64,000 nucleotides of DNA from an uncultured SAR86 cluster bacterium (GCA_902622845.1 CACNRI010000003.1:42080-106079), one strand, 5' to 3'; counted from the first letter of the stretch, positions 46,701-57,341 are shown. Made by a program: numbers and translations. The notes: generated from the sequence alone by a model not told the origin.

Positions 46701-49542
46701 ATGGAGTAATTAATGGATCTGTGCCTAAACCACTTCCATATACAACAGCATTAAGCCATAAACGATTTGTTCCTCTTGCAGAACCTCTAAAGTTAGGCTC
46801 ACCTGAGAATAAGATTATTTGCCCTTTGCCAATTTTTTCTCTGGTCAGATATGCTGAGTTAGCTATTCTTTGACTCGCTTCAGGCCAGACTAATCCACTC
46901 ATTCTTACGCTTAAATCATAACCCGAAGGTATTTGTGACCAATTTATAGTTTTAGTTTGGGCATCATTATTAGGAAGCAGTTCACCAATTCTTAAAGCAG
47001 CCTGAGAATTTCCTCCAGTCATAAGAATTGGATAGTTTCCATAAAGAACCGGTACCACATCCTCAGCACCAAATGTTAACCAATGGTCGGTATCTGCTCT
47101 TGCTGAAACGATAGCACCTGAGGGCATCAGCGTTGACTGCCATTTATCTCTCATTTCTAATTGTTCTTTAGAATAGATAACATCTGATGATTCCCATGGG
47201 TAAGAAATTTCTGCATTAACTTTGTTTTCATTTGCATCAGTAATATCAATATTTTCTTCCATTGAATATATCTCTCTCATCAAATCAATATTAAAGTCAC
47301 TACTCTTATCAAATGTTTTATTTAAGCTTTTAACAGAACTAACATTACTAGATATTATCGATCTTGTGGATCTATTATTTGCTATCAAGGTTCCTCCTTG
47401 TTTTACCCAATCCATTAAAATGTCTTTTGCATAATTACTTAAATTAGGACTTCCACTTGGTAAAATTATTGTGTTGTATCGTCTTAAATCGCCATAACCT
47501 GTTAAAGATGAATTTAATTGGCTATGTCTTATACCTAGATTATGATCTAGGGACCACCAACTAACACCTACATCATATGAGCTAAAGTCAGAATGACTTA
47601 ATATGGCTATTTGTGGTTTTCTGAGTAGCCTAAAATGCCTGCCACCCCAATCAGGTAACTCCTTAGCTCCAAAACCAGATTCTATCGATACTACTGACAT
47701 ATTAAGATCAGTAGCTACGGTATTAATAATTTCATGTAAATCTGTAGAATTAGGATTATCCATAGCTATTACAGCAACACTTCCCCTTGATAGATTATGA
47801 CCAGACAAAATTGAATCTTTGTCTATTATTCTTACTTGAATATTTTGTTCTAGTAGTCTTGCGGCAAAAGCCACAGATCTATCATCTTTACCATCAACTG
47901 CCCACATCACAGCATCTTCACTAACATCTATTATCTCAGGTGAGGGCTTCCAAGCAGTTAAATTTGATTTAATTTCTTGAGGAATGGTTAAAGCCGGTAA
48001 TCCATACATCATTGTTAGATTAAATGCAGTTGTGTCATACATTATTGATGATCCATTTTTGATCCTTTTTTGCTTCTCCTCGATTAAAACTTCATCATCA
48101 ATTTCAGCATCAAACTCCAGAATAGCAGATATCATAGGTGCTTCGGGTTGATTATTTGGAACAATCATACTCCCTACAGGAATAGTATATTCATCTTCAA
48201 TAACACCATTTTGTTTCAGAGCATTTGAGACATTTATTGGCTTATCATTTTTAAATATTTGAATATCTTGAGCTATTAGTTTTTCAGCAAGTACATTTAG
48301 TCTTCCATTATTATCTGTTGCTAAAATTACATAGGTCCTGTTGGAATACTTACTGTCATTGGAAACATTATATTTTCTTCCATCCCAATAATCTTTATAC
48401 ATTGATTTTGAATTAGCTTTAAGAGTTTCAAGATTTATCATTGTGCTTACAAATTGATGGTGAACAGATTCTTTATAAGATTGAATAGTACCTTCAGGTC
48501 TTCTTACACCATCTTCAGCCATTCTAGATTGTTCATATAAAATGCCTAAAGTCCCTCTAAACTGAACATAGAACGAATAGCCTGGATATAGGTCTTCGTG
48601 CCACTCACCAGTGTAAAAGCGCCAGTTTCTCCTATCAAACTCATTACCTTGATCTTGTGCAAAAACATTACCCCATTTAACTAAATCATAATCTACATTT
48701 TTATTTATAGGCTCCCTTGCTGGGCCAGTCATGAAAGTATCTTGTGCACCCATTTCGTGAGCATCAACCATAATTTGTGGTCTCCATTCATTTATCAGAG
48801 CAACTCTTCCAATTGTTTCAGGTTGTGTTAAGTATATCCAGTCTCTGTTTAGGTCATAGAAGTAATGGTTTGTTCTTCCATAGGGCCAATCACCGGTATG
48901 AATTAATGATTGATCATCATAGTTTGGTGCAGTACCCCTAAATTGTTCTAGATTCTTTGCAAATCTTGCTCTACCATCAGGATTCATTAAGGGATCAACA
49001 ATGATAATCATATCATCTAACAAGTTTAAAATATCCTTATCTTCACTAGCGATGAGATGATAAATCACACCTAAGGCTGCATCCGCACCAGAAGTCTCAT
49101 TTCCATGAATAGAGTAGGCCATCCAAGCGACAGCAGGTAAATCATCAATTAAAGATCTTGCTTGTCTATCATTAGTAATTCTAGCGTTAGAGAGTTGTGT
49201 GATCTTATCTTTTATAGAATCAAGATTTTTTAGGTTTTCTGAAGAAGAAATGAACACAGCATGAAGTGGTCTTTTTTCATGCGATCTCGCATATTCAACA
49301 ACTTTTAATTTGTCAGACTGATCTGCCCATCGCTTCAATGCAGAAGTAATCTGTTCAGGTGTTGCTACTCGTGTTGCATAATCAAAATCCAAGAATGTAT
49401 TAGGATGATCTACTGAATCTATGTAGTTATCATCAAGAATGACTTCTTGATATAGATCTTTCGAAAATGAAGTGGGTTCCATTAATGTATTAGCACCAAT
49501 GTTAACTATAAAAATAAAAATAAGTAGGGTATATCTATGCAT
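46699..49542 (-). CDS. large secreted M14-family zinc carboxypeptidase-like protein (947 aa)
   Basis: Signal peptide. SIHGNETSG (HxxE), NPDGR, DLNRDW, VDAHEMG. About 600 aa of unassigned sequence follow the catalytic domain. Confidence 0.85.
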   Translation of the reverse strand: MHRYTLLIFIFIVNIGANTLMEPTSFSKDLYQEVILDDNYIDSVDHPNTFLDFDYATRVATPEQITSALKRWADQSDKLKVVEYARSHEKRPLHAVFISSSENLKNLDSIKDKITQLSNARITNDRQARSLIDDLPAVAWMAYSIHGNETSGADAALGVIYHLIASEDKDILNLLDDMIIIVDPLMNPDGRARFAKNLEQFRGTAPNYDDQSLIHTGDWPYGRTNHYFYDLNRDWIYLTQPETIGRVALINEWRPQIMVDAHEMGAQDTFMTGPAREPINKNVDYDLVKWGNVFAQDQGNEFDRRNWRFYTGEWHEDLYPGYSFYVQFRGTLGILYEQSRMAEDGVRRPEGTIQSYKESVHHQFVSTMINLETLKANSKSMYKDYWDGRKYNVSNDSKYSNRTYVILATDNNGRLNVLAEKLIAQDIQIFKNDKPINVSNALKQNGVIEDEYTIPVGSMIVPNNQPEAPMISAILEFDAEIDDEVLIEEKQKRIKNGSSIMYDTTAFNLTMMYGLPALTIPQEIKSNLTAWKPSPEIIDVSEDAVMWAVDGKDDRSVAFAARLLEQNIQVRIIDKDSILSGHNLSRGSVAVIAMDNPNSTDLHEIINTVATDLNMSVVSIESGFGAKELPDWGGRHFRLLRKPQIAILSHSDFSSYDVGVSWWSLDHNLGIRHSQLNSSLTGYGDLRRYNTIILPSGSPNLSNYAKDILMDWVKQGGTLIANNRSTRSIISSNVSSVKSLNKTFDKSSDFNIDLMREIYSMEENIDITDANENKVNAEISYPWESSDVIYSKEQLEMRDKWQSTLMPSGAIVSARADTDHWLTFGAEDVVPVLYGNYPILMTGGNSQAALRIGELLPNNDAQTKTINWSQIPSGYDLSVRMSGLVWPEASQRIANSAYLTREKIGKGQIILFSGEPNFRGSARGTNRLWLNAVVYGSGLGTDPLITP

Positions 49543-49613
49543 TTAATTCTCCCTTAAAGATATAAATAATCTTTAGAAATCATATAATAAAAAGGTTAAA
49601 TAATGGAGCTAAT

Positions 49614-49919
49614 ATGAAAAATTTAGTAATTGTTTCTTTTCCTGCAAAAACTGAAACTCTTGGTCTTTTAAAGCAATCAATGAAAGATGCACTCCCAGAT
49701 ACAAGAGCTTACCCTGGATGTATTTCTGTTGATACCTATTTGGAAGAATCAACAAACACAATTCATTTAATCGAAGATTGGGAAACATTAGATGATCAAG
49801 CTGCTTACTTGAATTGGAGGATTGAGACAGGCCTATTAACATCTTTGGATCCGATTCTTGAGGGTGGGGCATCTAGTATAAAAATTAAAATATGTGGTCC
49901 AAAAATTGAAAATATTTAA
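49614..49919 (+). CDS. antibiotic-biosynthesis-monooxygenase (ABM) domain-like protein
   Basis: 101 aa. TRAYPGCISVDTYLEESTNTIHLIEDWETLDDQAAYLNWR fits the ferredoxin-like ABM pattern. Preferred over the antisense track ORF 49609-49872. Confidence 0.6.
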   Translation: MKNLVIVSFPAKTETLGLLKQSMKDALPDTRAYPGCISVDTYLEESTNTIHLIEDWETLDDQAAYLNWRIETGLLTSLDPILEGGASSIKIKICGPKIENI

Positions 49920-49935
49920 TTAGTATTTCTAAAAA

Positions 49936-50661
49936 ATGATAGATAATATTTGGGAAAAAATAATAAAGGAAGTTGAATTAAGAATTAATGCAGAACCTTC
50001 TTTGAAAGATTATTTAGGCAACCTAATCCTATCTAAATCTGACATTAAAGAAGCAGTTGCTGCAATTCTAGCTTCAAAATTACATAATGATGCTTTAGCA
50101 TCAAAAGATATCCAAAGAATTATTTCTGAATGTTTCAATAAAGCAAAAGATCTTGATCAAAAGTTAGTAGATGATATTTTATTTTTTAAAAATAATGATC
50201 CTGCATGTAAATATTTATCGACGCCATTATTGTTTTATAAGGGTTATCAAGGAGTTTCTGCTTATCGAGCAGCCAATATCTTATGGAATGATAATAGACA
50301 TACAATGGCTATGTTTATTCAAAATAGGTCCTCTGAAGTCTTCGGGGTAGATATTCATCCTGCAGCATCAATTGACGGATCAGTAATGATTGATCATGCA
50401 ACAGGTGTTGTGATAGGCGAAACAGCTGTAATTAAAAAAAATGTTTCTATTTTTCAAGGAGTAACACTTGGTGGAAAGGGTTTTGATAGGGGAGATAGAC
50501 ATCCAAAAGTGGAGGAGGGAGTATCTATATTTGCATCTAGTACGATTTTAGGAAACATAAGAATTGGAAAAAATTCTATAGTTGCAGCAGGAAGTTTAGT
50601 TTTAGACGATGTTGATGCAAACACAACTGTTGCAGGAATTCCGGCAAAAAAATTAAACTGA
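49936..50661 (+). CDS. cysE: serine O-acetyltransferase
   Basis: DPACKYLSTPLLFYKGYQGVSAYRAAN, GVDIHPAA, IDHATGVVIGETAV hexapeptide repeats. Confidence 0.9.
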   Translation: MIDNIWEKIIKEVELRINAEPSLKDYLGNLILSKSDIKEAVAAILASKLHNDALASKDIQRIISECFNKAKDLDQKLVDDILFFKNNDPACKYLSTPLLFYKGYQGVSAYRAANILWNDNRHTMAMFIQNRSSEVFGVDIHPAASIDGSVMIDHATGVVIGETAVIKKNVSIFQGVTLGGKGFDRGDRHPKVEEGVSIFASSTILGNIRIGKNSIVAAGSLVLDDVDANTTVAGIPAKKLN

Positions 50662-51675
50662 ATTATATATTTCTTGCTCTTTTATATTCATTTCTGCTTC
50701 GATATCTTCAAATAAAACTGAACTCATATACCTTTCAGCTGTATCGGGAATCATGCATAGTATATTAGAATTTTTACTAGCTTGTTTTGCAATTTCCATA
50801 GCAATTGCAAAAGTAGACCCACCAGAAACCCCGGTTATTATTCCCTCTTTTGATGCGAGTTCTTTAGCCCAAAATATTCCATCATCACCAGAAACAGGAA
50901 TATTTTGATCAAAATAATTATTATCAATAGTCTCTTGAAGAACAAATGGAATAAAGTCAGGTGTCCATCCTTGAATCGGATGAGGATTCCAAGCTTCATG
51001 AGTTGATATTGGAGCATTTTCAATATTTCTTTCCTGTGAAATTTTGCTATTAATTAATTGAGCATTGTCAGGTTCTGTAATAATTAATTTTGTATTAGGT
51101 GACTTCTCTTTTAATACTCTAGAGACGCCGCTAAAAGTTCCACCTGTTCCATAGCCAGAAACCCAGTAATCTAATCCTATGTCTTTAAAATCATTAAGAA
51201 TTTCAATAGCAGTAGTTTTTTCATGAATATCGGCATTAGCCTTATTTTCAAATTGTTGAGCATAGAACCAATTATTTTTATCTGAAAGTTTTTTTGCAAG
51301 ATCATATGCAGCAGTTGTTCCTTCAGAAGCTGGAGTTAACAATACTTGAGCACCAAGAAATCTCATTAACTTTCTTCGTTCTATAGAAGTACTGTCAGGC
51401 ATAGTTACAACACATGGATAACCTTTGGTAGCACAGACCATTGCTAAGCCAATTCCAGTATTACCACTCGTTGCTTCAACTACAGTTTGACCGGGGGAGA
51501 GCTCTCCATCTTTTTCAGCGTATTCAATGATACTTAAAGCTAACCTATCTTTAACAGATCCACCTGGATTAAAATATTCCGCTTTCACATATATATTAAT
51601 ATTAGGAGGAGAAAGATTTTGAATCTTTATTACTGGCGTGTTTCCAATCGAATTAAGTAAACTCTTAAATAACAT
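50653..51675 (-). CDS. cysK: cysteine synthase-like PLP enzyme (long CysK-type, 340 aa)
   Basis: NPGGSVKDRLA (PLP Lys), ATSGNTGIGLA, GYGTGGTFSG. Carries an insertion relative to the roughly 320-aa CysK. Confidence 0.8.
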   Translation of the reverse strand: MLFKSLLNSIGNTPVIKIQNLSPPNINIYVKAEYFNPGGSVKDRLALSIIEYAEKDGELSPGQTVVEATSGNTGIGLAMVCATKGYPCVVTMPDSTSIERRKLMRFLGAQVLLTPASEGTTAAYDLAKKLSDKNNWFYAQQFENKANADIHEKTTAIEILNDFKDIGLDYWVSGYGTGGTFSGVSRVLKEKSPNTKLIITEPDNAQLINSKISQERNIENAPISTHEAWNPHPIQGWTPDFIPFVLQETIDNNYFDQNIPVSGDDGIFWAKELASKEGIITGVSGGSTFAIAMEIAKQASKNSNILCMIPDTAERYMSSVLFEDIEAEMNIKEQEIYNSV

Positions 51676-51795
51676 TATTTTCTTTTATTTTTATGAATAA
51701 TATACAAAATATCATAAAGAGTTAATATATAAAATAACATAATAGAATCTAATATAACTTCGCATAATATATATTATGTTAAATAGTAGTTAAAT

Positions 51796-52287
51796 CTAAT
51801 ATGAAGAAAACCAACTATGTTTACCAAACTGGTTTTTATTAATATCTGTATTGTTGGATACGTAAAAAATAAACCCATTAACAACATGGTTTATATATGA
51901 TTGAAGTTTAGGCCTAATGTATAAAAACCAAAAGATATTTTGAATGAGTATATTCTTGAAAGGAACATAATTTTCAATATTTGGATTTATTCTCACTCTT
52001 AATGAGCATTCTTCATCTGAACCTTCAACATACCAATTAACAATTGCCATTTCTTTCTTTCCACCTATTTTTAAATCGTAACCATTATCTGTCCAATTAA
52101 AAAAGTATCTTTTGTATTTTCTTCCATTAAGATATTCAAGCTCATCAATTGAACCATTACCAGGCCACTTATGAGTGATATTTCTTTTACAAAATGGATG
52201 AAACCTATTTAAGCAACCAGGCTCTCTAATTTGACCTAATATATATGACTTTGGCATTTTAAAGTATGCCTTAGACTCAACATACAT
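51796..52287 (-). CDS. hypothetical protein, 163 aa
   Basis: Starts 4 nt after the stop of the upstream lipoprotein gene. No signal peptide and no family recognised (vaguely SRPBCC-like in size only). Confidence 0.5.
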   Translation of the reverse strand: MYVESKAYFKMPKSYILGQIREPGCLNRFHPFCKRNITHKWPGNGSIDELEYLNGRKYKRYFFNWTDNGYDLKIGGKKEMAIVNWYVEGSDEECSLRVRINPNIENYVPFKNILIQNIFWFLYIRPKLQSYINHVVNGFIFYVSNNTDINKNQFGKHSWFSSY

Positions 52288-52291
52288 ATTA

Positions 52292-54850
52292 TTAATTTAA
52301 TATATATTTACTTACTTCTGAATAAATATTTTGATTATCTCTCCTTATAAGAGATACTGAATGAGGATTAATATTTTTTGGAATTACAATACTAAAATCT
52401 GAAATTGGAGCCTCAAATGAAAAATGCTCCCTTTCCTCCATATCAATATGTTGCATTCGAACAATAAATGGATCACCTAAACCGAGTCTATATATGACTT
52501 CATTATTTTGGTCATAAAATTCTAGACCATACATATCATCTTTTCTTAAAAAGGTATCGCGTACAATCTTAGGATTTGGTTTTCCAATAGATACATTTTT
52601 AACCAATATTGATTCATTTGAGATACTTAAATTGATTATCTTTTGATCAATTTTTATATTAGGTTTTTCAAAAAAGAATCTCTTAGATTGATTTGTATTA
52701 GACATTTGTGAAGATGTTTGCTGATAATTTGCCCAATTAATTTTAAATGTAGCCCCCATAGAGCAACATGATGCTGCAAATAAGAAATTATCCATGTTAG
52801 ATGAATTTACAGATTCATCTGTATACCAGCCATTATTAGGGTCATACCACTCAAAAGATCCAATATATGGCATTAATGAGGCTATAGGAGTCAATTCTGG
52901 ATCTGGCTGATAATAATAACTTCTTTCGAAGTTGCCTTCATAAAAATCTATTGCACTCAGCGGGTCATTTGGGGCAAAAAGATTCCCAGATAAATCCTCA
53001 ACCTGATAGGAATAAGAAACCCAATCATTGTCTGAAGGTCTATCAAAGGTTACTGAAAGCATATTTTCGTATTCTGGTTTTTCAATTCCATCAACAAACC
53101 ATTTTAGTTTTAATTTACTTTGATCAAAGACTGCATCAACACCAAGTGTAATAGAATTCACTAGTCCATTTGAACTAGTTAAGTCTCCATAGCCGGAAAC
53201 ACCATTAACAGAATAGTCCCTAAAGCCTTGATTCATAATCGAACCAATAGCAAAACCATCAATATTTACTGGCCCATAGTACAGATAACAACACCACATT
53301 ATGTTTATCCATTGCGATCTATAGTCACCCTCTTCACCATAATAAGTTCCTTCAAGGAGTCCTATTCTTTCTTCACATCCAGGTTCAAAATCAATACCGG
53401 GGTAATCACTGTCAGGATATTCATTCATAAAACATTCACATTCTTCATAAGATAATTCATCTCTATAATAGATGCTTCCATCAGAGTAGTTGTAGCAAAT
53501 ATCATAATCAACACCAGGAATTTCCTCTGAAAAATCAATATGATGTTTCCATTTAACAGCCTCTGGATCAAAAACTGTTGTAGTATTTACACTCCAATCT
53601 CCATACCATTCTGCAAATGTTCTTTCTCCACCAGAATCATACTCGTCACCCATGTATCCATGTGAGTGCCCTAATTCATGCATTACTACATTTCGAGATC
53701 TACTTGAAATAGGTTGAATATTTACAGATCCTTGAGCAACCCCTCTTCCACTAATAGTGGTAAGGAAAGAAGTAACAGTCCAGTTTGGAACTACATCAGT
53801 CATAAAGTTTCTATCAACTTCACCAATACAATAAATTGAAGCGTCCCATGATGCATAACAACCAGTTCGAATATCAAATATTGAAACACCTGTTAAAGCA
53901 ACTTCTTCCAAGACTATAATATTGAAATAACCATCAACTAAATCTGATGCATCTGATTCCATAAGCAAGTTAACAGAAGATAAAAGCGCCTCATGAAAAG
54001 AGTCTCTATTTTCTTGTCCATTTAATTGGTCACCAATGAAAAGATAATTAGTTTTGGCATCTGTATCAGGTCCGCCTACAAGGTAATATAAGTATTGATC
54101 ACTTGTTGAGCAGTTATTTCCAGTACTATCGCAATAATCCACAGATTTTATCTCTCTATTTCCAGGAAAGTATGCTTGCATCTGGCCACCGCATGATGAA
54201 TTTGATCCATCAGTTACACATATATCCATAAAATGAAGACCAGCATATTGATTTGAAGAGATATTAATTTCAGCTGTTCCTGTGCCTCCTCCTGGTATAG
54301 AAAGATCTTGCGTAAATATCCCAGGTAATGTTTGACCCTCAATTGAACCATAAACACTGAGCTGACTTGCTGTGTTATCAACATCGGCAAGTGTCACGTT
54401 AATTGACACTAAATCATCAAATATTAGTGTTGATTGATCATAAACAGTTAGATCATCATTTATCACAATAGTTGGAATATCATTGACTGCTATAACATTT
54501 GCGGTAACGTTAAGAATTTTACTCTCATAAGTAGATTGTCCCTCTTCTGAAGCAGTAATAGTTATGGAAAAACTATCAGATCCAAAATAATCTGGATTTG
54601 GGGTATAAGAAAGGTTTCCTGATGAGGAAATAGTTACATTAGCATTATTTGATGGCCTTGATATTGTGAAAGAAATAGCAGCTGGTTTGTTAGTGGAAGC
54701 CGATATAACAGTTTCATAGGATTCATCTTCATTAACATTGAAAGATGTAAACTGTTGAACAGTTAGTACAAATGAAGAGCCACCGCCTCCTCCACCGCAG
54801 GAAACTAGAAAGATAGGTAATAATAAAAAAGTAAGAAAATTATTTTTCAT
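52292..54850 (-). CDS. Cys-rich lipoprotein with cadherin-like/Ig-like N-terminal module and M64-like zinc metallopeptidase motif
   Basis: Lipobox LVSC followed by G6. LSYTPNPDYFGSDSFSITI...VIAVNDIPT is a cadherin-like repeat. VVMHELGHSHGYMGDEY (HELGH at 53666-53680) matches the HExGHSxxxxxDEY pattern of IgA-peptidase M64-type enzymes. Confidence 0.7.
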   Translation of the reverse strand: MKNNFLTFLLLPIFLVSCGGGGGGSSFVLTVQQFTSFNVNEDESYETVISASTNKPAAISFTISRPSNNANVTISSSGNLSYTPNPDYFGSDSFSITITASEEGQSTYESKILNVTANVIAVNDIPTIVINDDLTVYDQSTLIFDDLVSINVTLADVDNTASQLSVYGSIEGQTLPGIFTQDLSIPGGGTGTAEINISSNQYAGLHFMDICVTDGSNSSCGGQMQAYFPGNREIKSVDYCDSTGNNCSTSDQYLYYLVGGPDTDAKTNYLFIGDQLNGQENRDSFHEALLSSVNLLMESDASDLVDGYFNIIVLEEVALTGVSIFDIRTGCYASWDASIYCIGEVDRNFMTDVVPNWTVTSFLTTISGRGVAQGSVNIQPISSRSRNVVMHELGHSHGYMGDEYDSGGERTFAEWYGDWSVNTTTVFDPEAVKWKHHIDFSEEIPGVDYDICYNYSDGSIYYRDELSYEECECFMNEYPDSDYPGIDFEPGCEERIGLLEGTYYGEEGDYRSQWINIMWCCYLYYGPVNIDGFAIGSIMNQGFRDYSVNGVSGYGDLTSSNGLVNSITLGVDAVFDQSKLKLKWFVDGIEKPEYENMLSVTFDRPSDNDWVSYSYQVEDLSGNLFAPNDPLSAIDFYEGNFERSYYYQPDPELTPIASLMPYIGSFEWYDPNNGWYTDESVNSSNMDNFLFAASCCSMGATFKINWANYQQTSSQMSNTNQSKRFFFEKPNIKIDQKIINLSISNESILVKNVSIGKPNPKIVRDTFLRKDDMYGLEFYDQNNEVIYRLGLGDPFIVRMQHIDMEEREHFSFEAPISDFSIVIPKNINPHSVSLIRRDNQNIYSEVSKYILN

Positions 54851-54876
54851 AATATTTTTATTGTATTATAGCGCAG

Positions 54877-55095
54877 ATGGCTAAAGAAGATAACATTGAA
54901 TTAGAGGGTTTAGTTGTAGAAACTCTTCCTAATACAACTTTTAAAGTTAAATTGGAAAATGATCATGTCATCACTGCCCATATATCTGGAAAAATGAGAA
55001 AAAATTACATCAGAATTTTGACTGGCGATAAAGTTAAGGTAGAAATGTCACCATACGACTTAACAAAAGGAAGGATTACATTTAGAGGTAGATAG
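54877..55095 (+). CDS. infA: translation initiation factor IF-1
   Basis: [72 protein letters not shown] is near-canonical IF-1. Confidence 0.97.
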   Translation: MAKEDNIELEGLVVETLPNTTFKVKLENDHVITAHISGKMRKNYIRILTGDKVKVEMSPYDLTKGRITFRGR

Positions 55096-57339
55096 TTATT
55101 TTTTAACTTTTGCAGTAATTTTCTTTTTACTAAAATTTATCTTTTCACTCTTTATAGAAATATTTATTACTCCACCCTCTTTTAAATCCTTATCAAGTAT
55201 TTTATCAACAAGAGGTTTTTTAACATTATCAGTAATAAACCTTTCCATAGGTCTTGCACCCATTTCTTTATTAAAACTCTTTTCAGAAATCCACTTAAGG
55301 AGATCTTTTTTATAAACTATCTCTATATTTCTTTCATCAAGCTGCGCTTGAAGTTTTGTCATGAATTTATCAGCTACTGACAAGATAACTTCCATATCAA
55401 GTGAATTAAATTCAATTATTTCATCAAGACGATTTCTAAACTCGGGTGAAAATAATCGTTTTAAAGATTCCATAGCATCCGATTGGTTAGATTGCTCGTT
55501 GAAACCAATATTTCTTTTCGATAGTAATTGAGCGCCCACATTTGTAGTCATAATAAGAACACAATTCCTAAAATCAGCTTTCCTGCCATTGTTGTCAGTA
55601 AGAATTCCAGCATCCATCACCTGAAGCAAAATATTAAATATATCAGGATGTGCCTTTTCAATTTCATCTAAAAGAATTACGCTGTTAGGACTCTTTGTTA
55701 CAGAGTCTGTAAGTAAACCGCCTTGGTCTGAACCTACATATCCTGGAGGAGCACCTATTAATCTAGATACAGCATGTCTCTCCATATATTCTGACATATC
55801 AAATCTTAACAAAGGGACACCTAGAATTGTTGAAAGCTGTTTTGAGATCTCTGTCTTACCTACACCAGTTGGACCAGTAAAGAGAAAAGAACCAATTGTT
55901 TTATTTTCATCTCTTAATCCAACTCTTGATAGCTTAATAGCATTAGATAATACTTTTATAGCTTTATCTTGACCAAAAATAACTGTTTTTAATTTAGTTT
56001 CTATGTCCTTGAGATTTTCAACATCAGATGAGCTGAGATTCTTTTTAGGAATTTGAGTAATAAATGAAATTGTATTTTCTATATCGTGTGTACTAATTTT
56101 AATTGGATCATCGTTATCTCTATAAAGGTTTTTTGATGCCCCTGTTTCATCTATAACATCAAATGCTTTATCAGGTAGATATTTATCATTAATAAACTTA
56201 TCTGAAAGTTTAACTGCGGATACGATTGAATCATTTGAGAATTTTACATTGTGATATTTCTCAAATTCCTTTATTACACCATTAATAATAGTTATACATT
56301 CATCTATCGAAGGTTCATTTACATCTATTTTTTGAAATCTTCTAGCTAGAGCTTGATTTTTTGAGAATACATTTCGATATTCTTGGAAAGTGGTTGATCC
56401 TATACATCTAATATTACCTTTGGCTAATTCAGGCTTAAGAAGATTTGATACATCAAGAGACCCTCCTCCAGCTGAGCCAGCACCAATAATTGTGTGGATC
56501 TCATCTATAAATAAGATAGGATTTTTTTGAGACTTTAAGAAATTAATAACTTCTTTAATTCTCTTCTCAAAATCACCTCTATATTTAGTTCCTGCTATTA
56601 ATGAGGCAATATCAAGTGAAAATATGGAAAAGCTCTGAACAGATTTAGGAATTGAACCATCGAAGATTTTCTGAGCAAGGCCTTCAACAAGTGCTGTCTT
56701 TCCTACACCTGATTCTCCAACAAGTATAGGATTGTTTTTATTTTTTCTTGAAAGAATTTGTACTAATCTATTAAGTTCTTCTTCTCTACCTATTAAAGTA
56801 TCTAATTTATTATTTTCAGCAAGTTTTTTTAAATCTATGAGATGGTTTGAGGTTTCGTCTGAGTTATTGTCTGATAATTCCTTATCACTTATGACACCAA
56901 CATCTTCTTTCTCAGATTTTTTTCCATGAGAAATAAAAGTCACAACATCTAATCTACTCACTCCATGCTTAGTAAGAAGGTAAACAGCATGAGATTCTTT
57001 TTCAGAAAAAATAGCTACGAGAATATTTATATGCTTAACCAATCCTTTTCCAGATGATTGGACATGAAAAACAGATCTTTGCAGGACTCTTTGGAATCCC
57101 AAGGTTGGTTGTGATGATTTAGTATTTTCACCTTTTGTAATAGCAGTATCTTGAAGAAACTCTTTAACATCGTTATTTAAAGCTGAAATATTGCATTTAG
57201 AAGCTTTTAAAGCATCTCTTACTTCAAAATCTTCCATAATCATTAAAAGTAGATGTTCTACTGTAATATACTGAAGGCCAGTTTTTGTAGCCTGATCAAA
57301 TAATGATGAAATTGAATTTTCTAGCTCTTTACTAAACAT
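55096..57339 (-). CDS. clpA: ATP-dependent Clp protease ATP-binding subunit ClpA
   Basis: Two AAA+ modules (GESGVGKT and GPTGVGKT), N-domain, 747 aa, downstream of clpS. Confidence 0.97.
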   Translation of the reverse strand: MFSKELENSISSLFDQATKTGLQYITVEHLLLMIMEDFEVRDALKASKCNISALNNDVKEFLQDTAITKGENTKSSQPTLGFQRVLQRSVFHVQSSGKGLVKHINILVAIFSEKESHAVYLLTKHGVSRLDVVTFISHGKKSEKEDVGVISDKELSDNNSDETSNHLIDLKKLAENNKLDTLIGREEELNRLVQILSRKNKNNPILVGESGVGKTALVEGLAQKIFDGSIPKSVQSFSIFSLDIASLIAGTKYRGDFEKRIKEVINFLKSQKNPILFIDEIHTIIGAGSAGGGSLDVSNLLKPELAKGNIRCIGSTTFQEYRNVFSKNQALARRFQKIDVNEPSIDECITIINGVIKEFEKYHNVKFSNDSIVSAVKLSDKFINDKYLPDKAFDVIDETGASKNLYRDNDDPIKISTHDIENTISFITQIPKKNLSSSDVENLKDIETKLKTVIFGQDKAIKVLSNAIKLSRVGLRDENKTIGSFLFTGPTGVGKTEISKQLSTILGVPLLRFDMSEYMERHAVSRLIGAPPGYVGSDQGGLLTDSVTKSPNSVILLDEIEKAHPDIFNILLQVMDAGILTDNNGRKADFRNCVLIMTTNVGAQLLSKRNIGFNEQSNQSDAMESLKRLFSPEFRNRLDEIIEFNSLDMEVILSVADKFMTKLQAQLDERNIEIVYKKDLLKWISEKSFNKEMGARPMERFITDNVKKPLVDKILDKDLKEGGVINISIKSEKINFSKKKITAKVKK

Positions 57340-57341
57340 AC

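Noticed and set aside
51726-51770. AT-only inverted repeat AACATAATA ... TATTATGTT and nested 16-nt palindrome CATAATATATATTATG (51753-51768) upstream of the cysK-like gene
   Set aside because: It is composed almost entirely of A/T in a ~30 percent G+C genome, so such palindromes are expected by chance and would form very weak structures. It could be an operator, but the sequence alone does not support a call.
54775-54800. GC-rich run CCACCGCCTCCTCCACCGCAGGA as a possible repeat or motif
   Set aside because: It simply encodes the CGGGGGG tether after the lipobox of the 852-aa lipoprotein on the minus strand.
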